From positions 9,958-73,957 of the forward strand of contig CAZAWC010000001.1 of NCBI GenBank assembly GCA_964488595.1: DNA of 64,000 bases, given 5' to 3'. The notes below the pieces were generated by a model that saw nothing but the letters and a program-made list of their open reading frames with translations, was not told the origin of the DNA and did no database searches. This DNA comes from an uncultured Staphylococcus sp. Lineage in GTDB: Bacteria; Bacteroidota; Bacteroidia; Bacteroidales; Muribaculaceae. A program made the position numbers and the translations under genes. This document shows positions 20,030 to 29,494 of this stretch, in pieces (within the stretch, counting starts at the first letter, position 1; the number at the start of each line of letters is the position of its first letter).

Positions 20030-20175
20030 AATGTAAAGGAAGCACATCGGGCGGTGTCGATGTGCTTCCTTTTGTCAGTGGGTTATGGTGTCAGGGATCA
20101 ATTGCGCCACCTCGGATCGCCGATGCCCTTGGTGTAGATCTCGTGGTTGAGGACCTCGGGAGTCTGCTTGTATTT
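20030..20175. repeat. Direct repeat copy 2 (intact gene end plus terminator)
   Basis: Near-identical to 18484-18628. Confidence 0.95.
20035..20073. terminator. Intrinsic terminator, copy 2
   Basis: AAAGGAAGCACATCG...CGATGTGCTTCCTTT hairpin about 25 nt after the stop at 20098. Confidence 0.85.
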
Positions 20176-22311
20176 CAAGGCCTCCATGATGTTGGCGGGA
20201 GCCTTGTGCTCGGCAGGGGGATTGGGCGCGGGGAAGAGGTCGGTGGCACGCAGAGGTGTCGAGCCTACCTTGACGACGAGGTCATCGGGAGTGCCGAGAT
20301 TACCCTCGGGATATGCACCGAAGCTGTTCCTGTTGAGAGAGAATGCTCCGTTGGTAAAGATGCCGTTATCGACAAGGTGAGCATCGCGGCAGCCCACCGA
20401 GTAGTTGTCCTTGATCTCATAGGTCACCGAAGTGCGGATATCGGCACCTCCACTCTGGAGATCGCGTGCGTCATCGTCCGAGGCAAGCACTATGAGATTG
20501 CGCTGGAATGAGATCTTCGACCCTGCGGGGAGGTATCTCAGGTCAAAGAAGTAACGGCCTGTCGAGCGGGTCGAGAAGTTGACGAAAGTATTGTTCTCGA
20601 CGGTGATGTTCCACGACACATCTTCGGGCCATGTGAGTGACTTGTTGTTGTCGGAGATCAACGAAGTGCGGGGCGAGTCATAGATGGTATTGTTGGTGAA
20701 ACGCAGGTCCTTGAACATATTCTGATTCCCCACTCCGGCACCGGCAAACCATGCGTACCCACGACCGCTGGCGTCATAGTAACCGCAGTCATAGAAGAGG
20801 CAGTTGTCGATGATGAAGTGGTCGAATATTACGGTCTGCTGGCCTTGGAAGCGCACAAGTCCGCGGATAAAGCCTGTGAACGTACACCCTCTGAGCTCTA
20901 TGGACTCATACTCGTGACCAACATTGCCATAACTGAGGCCGTTCATGAAATAGTTGCTTGTTGCACTTTCCGTGGCATAGTTCTGCGCCCCTGTATTCAT
21001 GAAGTCGATGTTCTCGAATACAATCTTGCCGATCAGGACAGGGACAGAGGAGGCGGTTCCCATCACAGTTTCCGCATAGTTGAAGTTGTGGAGAGCCATG
21101 TCGATGACAGCGCGGTTGCCGGCAGCCTCATCGGCAGCATCGGTGCGGAATGTAATGCCCTTGAAGATATTGGCGTTAGCCGAGAGGATATAGGTCTTTC
21201 CGCCACGGAGATTGATGACACTTCCCTCGCCGGGCAGTTCGCCTGTACCGGCATTGTAGGCATCAAGAAACAGGGTAATGTCGGCAACACCCTCGGTGTT
21301 GGCCTCAAACCACCGGTCAAGATCATCAGCCGAAATCTCGGATGCGTTGCCCAAGAGATTAACAATACAGGTATTGTATGGGGCATCACAATCGGGTTTT
21401 GAGCTATTGATCAGAGCCACCGAATATTTAGCAGCCGGTGTGAGACCGGAGAGTGTCATGGTGCCAGCTTCCTTGTCGGCAGCAGTCAGATCAATGTCAG
21501 TGATCATGTTACCGGACGCCTTATACTCCTTGAGACGTATCTTATCAGCCACAAACTTGCCATCGACAACCTCAAAGTTCTCCTTGAAATAATCATCACG
21601 GCAGGTGAGATCAAAGGCGACAGTGAAACTGTCATTAGTGCGTCCGGTGACTTTGAGTAACTCAGGCACCTCATATCTCTGCTCCGTATATATATAATGA
21701 TAGGGATCACGGATGAAATTCTGTCGACCCGTAAAATCAGAATTGAGTTCGGGATCAGTGGGATGGAGTGCCCGGACACGGAACTGGTAGTATGTTCCAT
21801 ACTGACATCCGGGCATGCTGTACGATGTGCCGTCTACCCTCACGGTGGTGGGCTCCAAGACATTGTATGAGTCACTCCATGACAACTCATAGCCTGCCGC
21901 CCCCTCGACAGAAGACCATTGGAGATGTATCTCATTGAGCCCTACAAGCTCAGTGAGAGAGGGAATGAAGTAGGGCGTCGGGAGCTTGTCGGCGGGACGT
22001 AAAGAGAGGACGCCTTTCAATATCGAGACGCCATCCGCACCCAAAAGGCGATAGGAACGGGTATACGTTTTCTGCTCATCCGGATTATATGGATCATGGG
22101 AAAATTTGTCTATGACCGTTAAGGTACCGCCAAAACCCCCATTCCGAGGCTCGAGCCAAATTTTCATTGAGTCAACGCTGCTCAGGTCCACCCCATAGTA
22201 ATTCGAACCATCTCCGTAATCGAAGGTGAGCACATCGGGCACGACATCTGCTGCCGTCATGGGGAGGGCCGAAACAAGGGCGAGGCCCGCTAAGAGATTG
22301 AGTGCTTTCAT
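20098..22311 (-). CDS. Secreted Fn3-repeat plus right-handed beta-helix protein (DUF4957/DUF5123-like)
   Basis: Sec signal MKALNLLAGLALVSALPMTA with no lipobox Cys. Fn3 motifs LQWSSVEGAAGYELSW, YQFRVRA and LSGLTPAAKYSV; beta-helix repeats (IIDNCLF, FTNNTIY, VENNTFVN); C-terminal GIGDPRW. Start at 22311 overlaps the upstream stop. Confidence 0.7.
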   Translation of the reverse strand: MKALNLLAGLALVSALPMTAADVVPDVLTFDYGDGSNYYGVDLSSVDSMKIWLEPRNGGFGGTLTVIDKFSHDPYNPDEQKTYTRSYRLLGADGVSILKGVLSLRPADKLPTPYFIPSLTELVGLNEIHLQWSSVEGAAGYELSWSDSYNVLEPTTVRVDGTSYSMPGCQYGTYYQFRVRALHPTDPELNSDFTGRQNFIRDPYHYIYTEQRYEVPELLKVTGRTNDSFTVAFDLTCRDDYFKENFEVVDGKFVADKIRLKEYKASGNMITDIDLTAADKEAGTMTLSGLTPAAKYSVALINSSKPDCDAPYNTCIVNLLGNASEISADDLDRWFEANTEGVADITLFLDAYNAGTGELPGEGSVINLRGGKTYILSANANIFKGITFRTDAADEAAGNRAVIDMALHNFNYAETVMGTASSVPVLIGKIVFENIDFMNTGAQNYATESATSNYFMNGLSYGNVGHEYESIELRGCTFTGFIRGLVRFQGQQTVIFDHFIIDNCLFYDCGYYDASGRGYAWFAGAGVGNQNMFKDLRFTNNTIYDSPRTSLISDNNKSLTWPEDVSWNITVENNTFVNFSTRSTGRYFFDLRYLPAGSKISFQRNLIVLASDDDARDLQSGGADIRTSVTYEIKDNYSVGCRDAHLVDNGIFTNGAFSLNRNSFGAYPEGNLGTPDDLVVKVGSTPLRATDLFPAPNPPAEHKAPANIMEALKYKQTPEVLNHEIYTKGIGDPRWRN

Positions 22312-22823
22312 TTCTTGGTGACTTTGAGTTGGGCGGTTGGACAAGCGATGATATAGACACCCGCGGGGAGCCCGGCGAGCGAGATGGTGAGCGACGACTC
22401 ACCCTTGACGGTGGTGACGTTGAGGCGACGGCCGCTGAGGTCATAGACGGCAGTGGCGGCACAGTCAGCACCGACCACTTCGATGAGGCCGTTGCCCACA
22501 GCCATGATGCGGGTCTTGGCGTCGGTGGTCAGCTCGCTGAGGGCCGAGCTGTCGTGCTGCTCGAAGGTGAAGTAGTTGAGGTCCGTGGCTTCATAGGTGT
22601 AGTTTTCATCCGGATCGTCATACTTGAGGACAGTGACGGTCAGAGCCTCCGGGCCTATCTTCATGTAGGATTGTCCTACACGATCAATGGTCGAGCCGGT
22701 CACATTGATGTAGGCCGTGGCTCCCTCGTTGAAGTAGAGTGTCAGGTATGTCAGCATCTCGGCGTGCAGAGCGGCGCTCAGAGACAGGGCAGTCCCGACA
22801 AACAAAGGTTTCAGGATGTTCAT
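22308..22823 (-). CDS. Small secreted protein with T9SS type A C-terminal sorting domain
   Basis: Signal peptide, about 70-aa beta domain, then AVYDLSGRRL...ISLAGLPAGVYII...KVTKK, a typical T9SS CTD. Confidence 0.82.
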   Translation of the reverse strand: MNILKPLFVGTALSLSAALHAEMLTYLTLYFNEGATAYINVTGSTIDRVGQSYMKIGPEALTVTVLKYDDPDENYTYEATDLNYFTFEQHDSSALSELTTDAKTRIMAVGNGLIEVVGADCAATAVYDLSGRRLNVTTVKGESSLTISLAGLPAGVYIIACPTAQLKVTKK

Positions 22824-22891
22824 TGACTGGTGTTTTTTTGGTTAAGATGAGTGTGTTATAGTTATATTATCGTTATAGTGGCGTCAGTGTG

Positions 22892-24619
22892 TCAGCGGGC
22901 TGAGGGTGTGTCGTAGGGAATGGGGCGGATAGACTCGTGAGAGAACTTCCAGATCACGGCCCCGTAAGGGGGTATCATGGTGCGGAATGCCTCGGTCGAC
23001 GAGATGGTCTTGAGATCGGTCTCGCCGGTGAGGAGATCGCGGGCCATGACTGTCCCCTCGGGGATATTGAGCATCTCGAGGGCGTGACGGGGGATATTGA
23101 TGGCGAGGTCGCACGACTCTGCGGCAAAATTGACAGCTATCAGCAGGGTCTCGCGGTCGGCCGAGCGCATGAACACATACTGGGAGTGGGGATTGAGAGT
23201 CGGATTCTGATAGTTGACATACATCAGGTCGTAGAATCGACCGCCGGCGATGGCCCTCTCCGAGTTGCAGAGACGGAGCACGGTGGCATAACGCCCCCGC
23301 AGCCAGCGCTCGCGCGGGGTGAGCTGCGAGCCGTCGGGGTTGCCGCCGTTATACCATCTGCGCACCGTGGGGACGCTCCAGTAGTCGAAGATGGTGGTGC
23401 GACCGTCGTGCCCGCTGAATCCCTCGGCATCCGTGGCCTGCTCGCCCAGCTCCTGCCCGGCATAGATCATCATGGGGCCCGTGGAGATCATCGAGCTCAC
23501 CACCAGCGAGGGGGTCACCTTGGCCGGATCGCCGGCATAGAAGCGCGAGCCGAAGCGCTGCTCGTCGTGATTCTCAAGGAAGTTGAGCATATTGCCCTGA
23601 ATCCCCTCCACCGTCTGCCAGCAGTTGGTGATGGTGGCTGCCGAGTAGTTTGCCGTCTGTATGCCGCGCAGCGTGTCGTAGAGATTGACTTTGTCATAGA
23701 GATAGTCAAATCCGCCGGTGAAGATGAAGTCGCGATAGAGGCCGGTGTCATAGATCTCGGCTATGAACTTGACGTGGGGATAGCGGTCCTTGACGTTGGC
23801 GATGGCCCACTGCCAGAACTCGATGGGCACCATATGGGCCATGTCGCAGCGGAATGCGTCGACCCCCTTCGAGGCCCAGAAGCGCAGGATGTTGAGCATC
23901 TTGAACCATGTGTCGGGGATGGGGTCATAGTGCCCCGAGCCGTCATAGGGGTCGCGTCCGTAGTTGAGTTTTACGGTCTCATACCAGTTGCCCGCTCCGG
24001 GAAAAGCCGTGAAGCAGTCGTCGCCCGTGGCCTTGGCCGGAAATTCAACATATGCCTTCTTGCCCGCACCGAGGTCGATGGAGGGGGCAAAGAGCTGGCG
24101 GGTGATGTAATAGTAATTGTTGGAGGGGGAGAAAAACTTGTCCGTGTCGTCGGCGGCTCCGAAGTCGTCGATGCCGGCGGGAGCGGCATCCGAGTGATAG
24201 CGACGGGCCGTGTGGTTGGGCACAAAGTCGATGATCACGTCCATCCCCGCGTCGTGGGTGCGGGCCACCAGCGCCTCAAACTCGGCCATGCGCGAGGGGA
24301 CATCCTCGGCTATGTCGGGGTCGACGTCATAGTAATCCTTTATGGCATAGGGTGATCCGGCCTCACCCTTGACCACATACGGATTGTCGGCCGGGGTGAT
24401 CCCCTCGGCCGTATAGTCGGTCTTGGTGGCATGCTCTATCACGCCGGTATACCATATGTGAGTCACGCCCAGCTCCTTGATGCCCTGAAGCACGGCGTCG
24501 GTGATGCGATTCATCTTACCCGACCCGTTCTGGGCAATGGTGCCGTTGGGCACACAGGCGGGATTGTCGTTGGTGAACAGTCGGGGGAAGAGCTGATATA
24601 TTATCGGTTTTGTTTCCAT
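22892..24619 (-). CDS. GH13 alpha-amylase-family glycosidase
   Basis: GSPYAIKDYY, DFVPNH, FRCDMAH, AEIY and FLENHDEQR motifs; no signal peptide. Confidence 0.92.
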   Translation of the reverse strand: METKPIIYQLFPRLFTNDNPACVPNGTIAQNGSGKMNRITDAVLQGIKELGVTHIWYTGVIEHATKTDYTAEGITPADNPYVVKGEAGSPYAIKDYYDVDPDIAEDVPSRMAEFEALVARTHDAGMDVIIDFVPNHTARRYHSDAAPAGIDDFGAADDTDKFFSPSNNYYYITRQLFAPSIDLGAGKKAYVEFPAKATGDDCFTAFPGAGNWYETVKLNYGRDPYDGSGHYDPIPDTWFKMLNILRFWASKGVDAFRCDMAHMVPIEFWQWAIANVKDRYPHVKFIAEIYDTGLYRDFIFTGGFDYLYDKVNLYDTLRGIQTANYSAATITNCWQTVEGIQGNMLNFLENHDEQRFGSRFYAGDPAKVTPSLVVSSMISTGPMMIYAGQELGEQATDAEGFSGHDGRTTIFDYWSVPTVRRWYNGGNPDGSQLTPRERWLRGRYATVLRLCNSERAIAGGRFYDLMYVNYQNPTLNPHSQYVFMRSADRETLLIAVNFAAESCDLAINIPRHALEMLNIPEGTVMARDLLTGETDLKTISSTEAFRTMIPPYGAVIWKFSHESIRPIPYDTPSAR

Positions 24620-25434
24620 TTGGTCAGATTGGTTGTAATAGCTTTGCGGACATCGTGGCGTTTGAAGCCGGCATTGAGCAGCGTGTGCATCGCATCGTCA
24701 TATCCCACCTGATAGACCCTCTCTATCTGCGTGAGGTCAAAGACCTGATAGGAGGCTATGTCCTGAATGGAGATGGCGAGGTCGCACAGCTCCATCTGGG
24801 GCACGGAGTTCATCTTCACGAGCATGTCGTAGGTGCGGCGCGCTATGTCGATCATGGTGCGCGGACGGCGGCGTTCGGGCACCGGCGAACAGTTGATGCC
24901 GATGAGATACTTGCAGCACTTTCTCAGGGCCCACGCGGGGAGATTGGCCGTCACACCCCCGTCCACATAGCTGCGGCCGTCGATGTGCATGGGCTTGAAC
25001 ACGATGGGGATGCTGCACGAGGCCGCCACACAGTCGGCTATCACACCCTCGGTGAAGGCCACCTTGCTGTTGTCGTCGAGCGACGTGGCACAGATCTTCA
25101 CCGGGAGCGGGAGGTCCTGAATATTCCTGTAGGGGATGGTGTCGCGGAGCATCTTGCGGAATCCGTCCATCGAGAAGAATCCGTCGCGAGGCAACCCTAT
25201 CTCGGCAAAGTCCGAGAATTTGGCGTCGGCAAACATCTTGAGGATCTCCTTGGGACGCATCCCCGCGGCATACATCGCAGTGACCACCGAGCCGGCACTC
25301 ACGCCGGCCATTATGTCGGGCCTGATGCCCATCTCCTCGAGTGCCTGCAGGGCACCGCAGTGCGCGAATCCCCGAGCACCGCCTCCGCTGAGCACGATGC
25401 CTACTTTATAGGGTTTAGAGGTAAATCCAAACAT
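24601..25434 (-). CDS. Patatin-like phospholipase
   Basis: LSGGGARG, GVSAG, ASCSIP and DGG motifs. Confidence 0.93.
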   Translation of the reverse strand: MFGFTSKPYKVGIVLSGGGARGFAHCGALQALEEMGIRPDIMAGVSAGSVVTAMYAAGMRPKEILKMFADAKFSDFAEIGLPRDGFFSMDGFRKMLRDTIPYRNIQDLPLPVKICATSLDDNSKVAFTEGVIADCVAASCSIPIVFKPMHIDGRSYVDGGVTANLPAWALRKCCKYLIGINCSPVPERRRPRTMIDIARRTYDMLVKMNSVPQMELCDLAISIQDIASYQVFDLTQIERVYQVGYDDAMHTLLNAGFKRHDVRKAITTNLTKWKQNR

Positions 25435-25438
25435 GATG

Positions 25439-25563
25439 CAAAGTTAGTGAAAATTCTCACATTACAGCGAGTTTTAACACAATTATTATGCACCTTTTGT
25501 AGCGCACCCCTGAGAAAAAGCGGTGAAATATTGCCCTCGGTTTGGCAAATATGATTAAATTTG
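25439..25563. promoter_or_regulatory. Divergent sigma-A -7 boxes (patatin operon / fbp)
   Basis: TAACTTTG on minus (25446-25439) and TAAATTTG on plus (25556-25563). Confidence 0.6.
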
Positions 25564-25600
25564 CATCTACATTACCCCAACAGCAGTTAAGCCTAAGGAC

Positions 25601-27601
25601 ATGACACATCATACACAGGCCGTCACGCCGGCCAAGATAGAGACCGACCGCCGCATACTCGAGCTTCTGGCCCAGAGATTCCCTACCGTGAGCGCCGCGA
25701 GCACCGAGATAATCAACCTCGAAGCCATCCTCAATCTCCCGAAGGGCACGGAACACTTCGTGGCCGACCTCCACGGCGAGTATGAGGCATTCCGCCACAT
25801 ACTCAAGAACGCCTCGGGCAACATCAAGCGCAAGGTCACCGAGCTGTTTGGCACCACCATGCGCGAGAGCGAGATCAGGGCCCTCTGCTCGCTGATCTAT
25901 TATCCCGAGGAGAAGCTGCGCCTCATCAAGTCGGCCGAGGAGGACCTTGATGATTTCTACTCCATCACGCTCCATCAGCTCGTCAAGGTGTGTCAGACCG
26001 TGTCGTCCAAATATACCCGCTCCAAGGTGCGCAAGGCTCTGCCCCGCGAGTTTGCCTACATCATCGAGGAGCTGCTCCACGAGAGTGCGGCCGACTATGA
26101 CAAGGTGGCATATTTCAACCGCATCATCGAGACCATCATCTCGACCGGTCAGGCCGAGGCTTTCATCATAGCCCTGTGCAATGTGATACAGAAGCTCTCC
26201 ATCGACCAGCTGCACATACTGGGCGACATCTACGACCGCGGCCCCGGGGCACACATCATCATGGACACCCTGCGCGACTATGGGTCGTGGGACATCCAGT
26301 GGGGCAATCACGACGTGCTGTGGATGGGGGCCGCCGCTGGCAACGACTGTTGCATAGCCAACGTGATAAGGGTGTCGCTCCGCTACTCCAACCTGACGAC
26401 CCTCGAGGAGGGCTACGGCATCAACCTGCTGCCGCTCGCCACCTTTGCCATGGAGGAGTATGCCGACGATGATTGCACGCTGTTCACCCCCACGGTGCTA
26501 CAGGGGGAGAGCGCCCACACAGAGAAGACCATGCGCCTCATGGCCAAGATGCACAAGGCCATAGCCGTGATACAGTTCAAGCTCGAAGGCGCCATGATAG
26601 AGGCTCACCCCGAGTGGAAGATGGAAAACCGCCGCCTGCTCCACCGCATGGACCGCGAGAAGGGGACCATAGAGATAGAGGGTCACACCTATCAGCTCAC
26701 TGACACCAATTTCCCCACCATCAACCCGGAGTCGCCCTACGAACTCACCCACGAGGAGCGCCATCTGATGAAGAAGCTCCACCACTCGTTTGCCGTCAGC
26801 TCGGGGCTTCAGAGGCATGTGGAGTCGCTCTTTGCCCACGGGTGCATGTATGGCGTGTATAACTCCAATCTGCTTTTCCACGCCTCGATGCCGCTCAATG
26901 CCGACGGCACCCTGCGCGAGGTGCTCATAAACGGGACTCCCTACAAGGGGCGCGAGCTCATGACGCAGATAGGCCTGACGCTGCGCTCGGCATTCAACGA
27001 CGACACTCCGGCGGCCGACAAGGCGTTTGCCCGCGATTTCTTCTGGTATCTGTGGTGCGGGCCCGACTCCCCCCTCTTTGACAAGGACAAGATGACCACA
27101 TTCGAGCGATATTTCGTGGCCGATCCCGAGGCCCGCCGCGAGGAGAAAGGGTGGTATTACAAACTGCGCAACGACGAGAAGGTGTGTGACATGATCCTCG
27201 ACGAGTTTGGCGTGGAGGGTGAGCAGCGCCACATCATCAACGGCCATGTGCCGGTGCGCACAGGCAAGGGTGAGAGCCCGCTGAGAGCCGGGGGTAAGCT
27301 GATGGTGATCGACGGCGGATTTGCCAAGGCCTATCACAAGACCACAGGCATAGCGGGCTATACGCTCATCTATCACAGCAGCAACTTTGAGCTCGTGGAG
27401 CACGAGCCATTTACATCGGTCGAGGATGCCATCAATCACGGCACCGACATCGTGCGCACCACCAAGATGGTCGAGCAGACGGCCAAACGTGTGCGTGTGC
27501 GCGACACCGACATGGGCCGTGTGCTACAGAGTCAGATCGACGAACTCACGGAGCTGCTCTACGCCTTCCGCCACGGCATCATCAAGGAGAAACGGGTGTG
27601 A
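25601..27601 (+). CDS. fbp: Fructose-1,6-bisphosphatase class 3
   Basis: EIINLEAILNLPKGTEHF, DLHGE, GDIYDRG, WGNHD, NGHVPV and IDGGF motifs. Confidence 0.96.
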   Translation: MTHHTQAVTPAKIETDRRILELLAQRFPTVSAASTEIINLEAILNLPKGTEHFVADLHGEYEAFRHILKNASGNIKRKVTELFGTTMRESEIRALCSLIYYPEEKLRLIKSAEEDLDDFYSITLHQLVKVCQTVSSKYTRSKVRKALPREFAYIIEELLHESAADYDKVAYFNRIIETIISTGQAEAFIIALCNVIQKLSIDQLHILGDIYDRGPGAHIIMDTLRDYGSWDIQWGNHDVLWMGAAAGNDCCIANVIRVSLRYSNLTTLEEGYGINLLPLATFAMEEYADDDCTLFTPTVLQGESAHTEKTMRLMAKMHKAIAVIQFKLEGAMIEAHPEWKMENRRLLHRMDREKGTIEIEGHTYQLTDTNFPTINPESPYELTHEERHLMKKLHHSFAVSSGLQRHVESLFAHGCMYGVYNSNLLFHASMPLNADGTLREVLINGTPYKGRELMTQIGLTLRSAFNDDTPAADKAFARDFFWYLWCGPDSPLFDKDKMTTFERYFVADPEARREEKGWYYKLRNDEKVCDMILDEFGVEGEQRHIINGHVPVRTGKGESPLRAGGKLMVIDGGFAKAYHKTTGIAGYTLIYHSSNFELVEHEPFTSVEDAINHGTDIVRTTKMVEQTAKRVRVRDTDMGRVLQSQIDELTELLYAFRHGIIKEKRV

Positions 27602-27619
27602 TCCATCACTCGTCACCCC

Positions 27620-28483
27620 TCACTCATCACTCATCAAGCTGTCGATTATCCCGAAGGCTTCACGGCGTCCGGCCGTGAGGCGGTGGGGATAGTGGGCGTC
27701 AGAGTTGATGACGAGCGGCAGCCCCGCCGACACAAGGCGACGGATGGTGCCGGGCGAGGGAAAGAGGCGCGGACTATGGGCAGCCTCCTCGGCGGGCGTA
27801 GCTCCGACGTTGGGGAGCCATGCCTTGGTGTTGACCTCGACGATGATGTCGGTGGAACGCAGGGCGTCGATGACTTCGTCGATATGCCTCAGATACCATG
27901 CTTCATCCTCTATGCCGGGGCGGAATGAGGAGGCATTGAAGCCAATCTTGTCAAAGTGGCCGATGATGTCAAATCCGCCATGGCCGATCATCTCGAGCGT
28001 CCGGGCATAGAAGGTGTCGACCACGTAGCGGATGTCGTTGCCGAAGTATCGCTCCATCTTCCGGATGAAGCTGGCGGGGCGTCCGTCCACGTCGATCTCC
28101 TCCCCATCCGGAGTGGGGATAAAGTGGACCGAACTGAGACGGTAGTCGAGCGGGAGATCCTGAAAATATGGTATATGTGCGCCCCAATCGTGGCCGAGAT
28201 AGTCTATCTCCATCGAGCGGTAGAGATCGATCTCCCCGCGATAAAGGTCGCGGAGGCGGTCATACTCGGCAAAGTAGTCGGCCACTTGGTCGGCCCGCAT
28301 ATTGCAGGATGACACGACGGATGCGGGCACAGGCGAGTGGGGCGTGAAGCCATAGTGGGCGAATCCGTCGTCCACAGCCTGCGCGGCCATGCGGGCCATG
28401 GGCTCGCGGCCGTCGCAGAACTGGGTGTGGGAATGGAAATTATAGTTGCGTGTAGTCGAGATTATCTTACGCAGGTCTGTCAT
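27620..28483 (-). CDS. PHP-domain phosphatase (HisK-type histidinol-phosphatase-like)
   Basis: [27 protein letters not shown] and SDAH metal-binding motifs. Confidence 0.85.
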   Translation of the reverse strand: MTDLRKIISTTRNYNFHSHTQFCDGREPMARMAAQAVDDGFAHYGFTPHSPVPASVVSSCNMRADQVADYFAEYDRLRDLYRGEIDLYRSMEIDYLGHDWGAHIPYFQDLPLDYRLSSVHFIPTPDGEEIDVDGRPASFIRKMERYFGNDIRYVVDTFYARTLEMIGHGGFDIIGHFDKIGFNASSFRPGIEDEAWYLRHIDEVIDALRSTDIIVEVNTKAWLPNVGATPAEEAAHSPRLFPSPGTIRRLVSAGLPLVINSDAHYPHRLTAGRREAFGIIDSLMSDE

Positions 28484-29451
28484 TTTTCAGCGATGGGAGG
28501 ATTGGCTATGTTCTGACGCATGTTGGTGTCCGCCTCGATATTCTTCATGCGATAGTAGTCCATGATGCCGAGATTGCCCGACAGGAATGCCTGAGCCATG
28601 GCGCGGGGCAGTTCGGCCTCGGCCTCGATCACCTTGGCGCGTGCCTCCTGAGCCTTGGCGCGCATCTCCTGTTCGAGGGCTATCGCCATGGCCCTACGCT
28701 CCTCGGCCTTGGCCTGAGCGATATTCTTGTCGGCCTGAGCCTGATCTATCTGCAGGGCGGCTCCGATGTTCTTGCCTATGTCGATGTCAGCGATGTCGAT
28801 GGAGAGGATCTCAAACGCTGTGCCCGAGTCGAGCCCCTTGCGGAGCACGAGTTTGGAAATGTTGTCGGGGTTCTCGAGCACCTGCTTGTGGCTCTCGGAC
28901 GAGCCGATGGAGGAGACTATGCCCTCGCCCACGCGGGCCAGCACAGTGTCCTCGCCGGCACCGCCCACGAGCTGGCGGATGTTGGCACGCACGGTGACGC
29001 GGGCTATGGCTATGAGCTGGATGCCGTCCTTGGCCACGGCGGTGACATGGGGAGTCTCGATCACCTTGGGGTTGACGGACATCTGCACGGCCTGAAACAC
29101 GTCGCGGCCGGCGAGGTCGATGGCGGTGGCCATCTTGAATCCGAGGTCGATATTGGCCTTGGAGGCGGAGACGAGGGCATGCACCACCTTCTCCACATTT
29201 CCGCCGGCCAGATAGTGAGCCTCGAGATCGTCGCGGGTCACATCGTTGAGACCGGCCTTGTGGGCCTCGATGAGCGCCCGTACGATGACGGATGCCGGCA
29301 CCTTGCGGATGCGCATCAGGAACAGCTGCATCAGCGAGATGTGGACGCCGCTCACGCGCGCCGAGATCCATAGGAAAAACGGCACGTAGTAGAAAAATAT
29401 GCTCAGCAACACGAGGAGTGCCACACCGAGCAGGACGATTGTCAGTACCAT
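28480..29451 (-). CDS. floA: Flotillin-like protein FloA (YqfA/UPF0365)
   Basis: [37 protein letters not shown] and DIADIDIG motifs. Confidence 0.93.
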   Translation of the reverse strand: MVLTIVLLGVALLVLLSIFFYYVPFFLWISARVSGVHISLMQLFLMRIRKVPASVIVRALIEAHKAGLNDVTRDDLEAHYLAGGNVEKVVHALVSASKANIDLGFKMATAIDLAGRDVFQAVQMSVNPKVIETPHVTAVAKDGIQLIAIARVTVRANIRQLVGGAGEDTVLARVGEGIVSSIGSSESHKQVLENPDNISKLVLRKGLDSGTAFEILSIDIADIDIGKNIGAALQIDQAQADKNIAQAKAEERRAMAIALEQEMRAKAQEARAKVIEAEAELPRAMAQAFLSGNLGIMDYYRMKNIEADTNMRQNIANPPIAEK

Positions 29452-29494
29452 AGTATCAAAATAGGTTTGGATTAGTTAATTTCATATCTGTCCG

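Noticed and set aside
18484-20175. IS or transposon interpretation of the repeat-flanked cassette
   Set aside because: No transposase or terminal inverted repeats, and 145 bp is far too long for a target-site duplication.
22937-24355. 472-aa plus-strand ORF
   Set aside because: Antisense shadow of the GH13 gene with no motifs; expected from GC-rich codon bias.
27604-27635. Degenerate 7-mer tandem repeat (catcact/cgtcacc/cctcact) between convergent fbp and PHP genes
   Set aside because: Four to five imperfect units with no spacers; not CRISPR and likely incidental.
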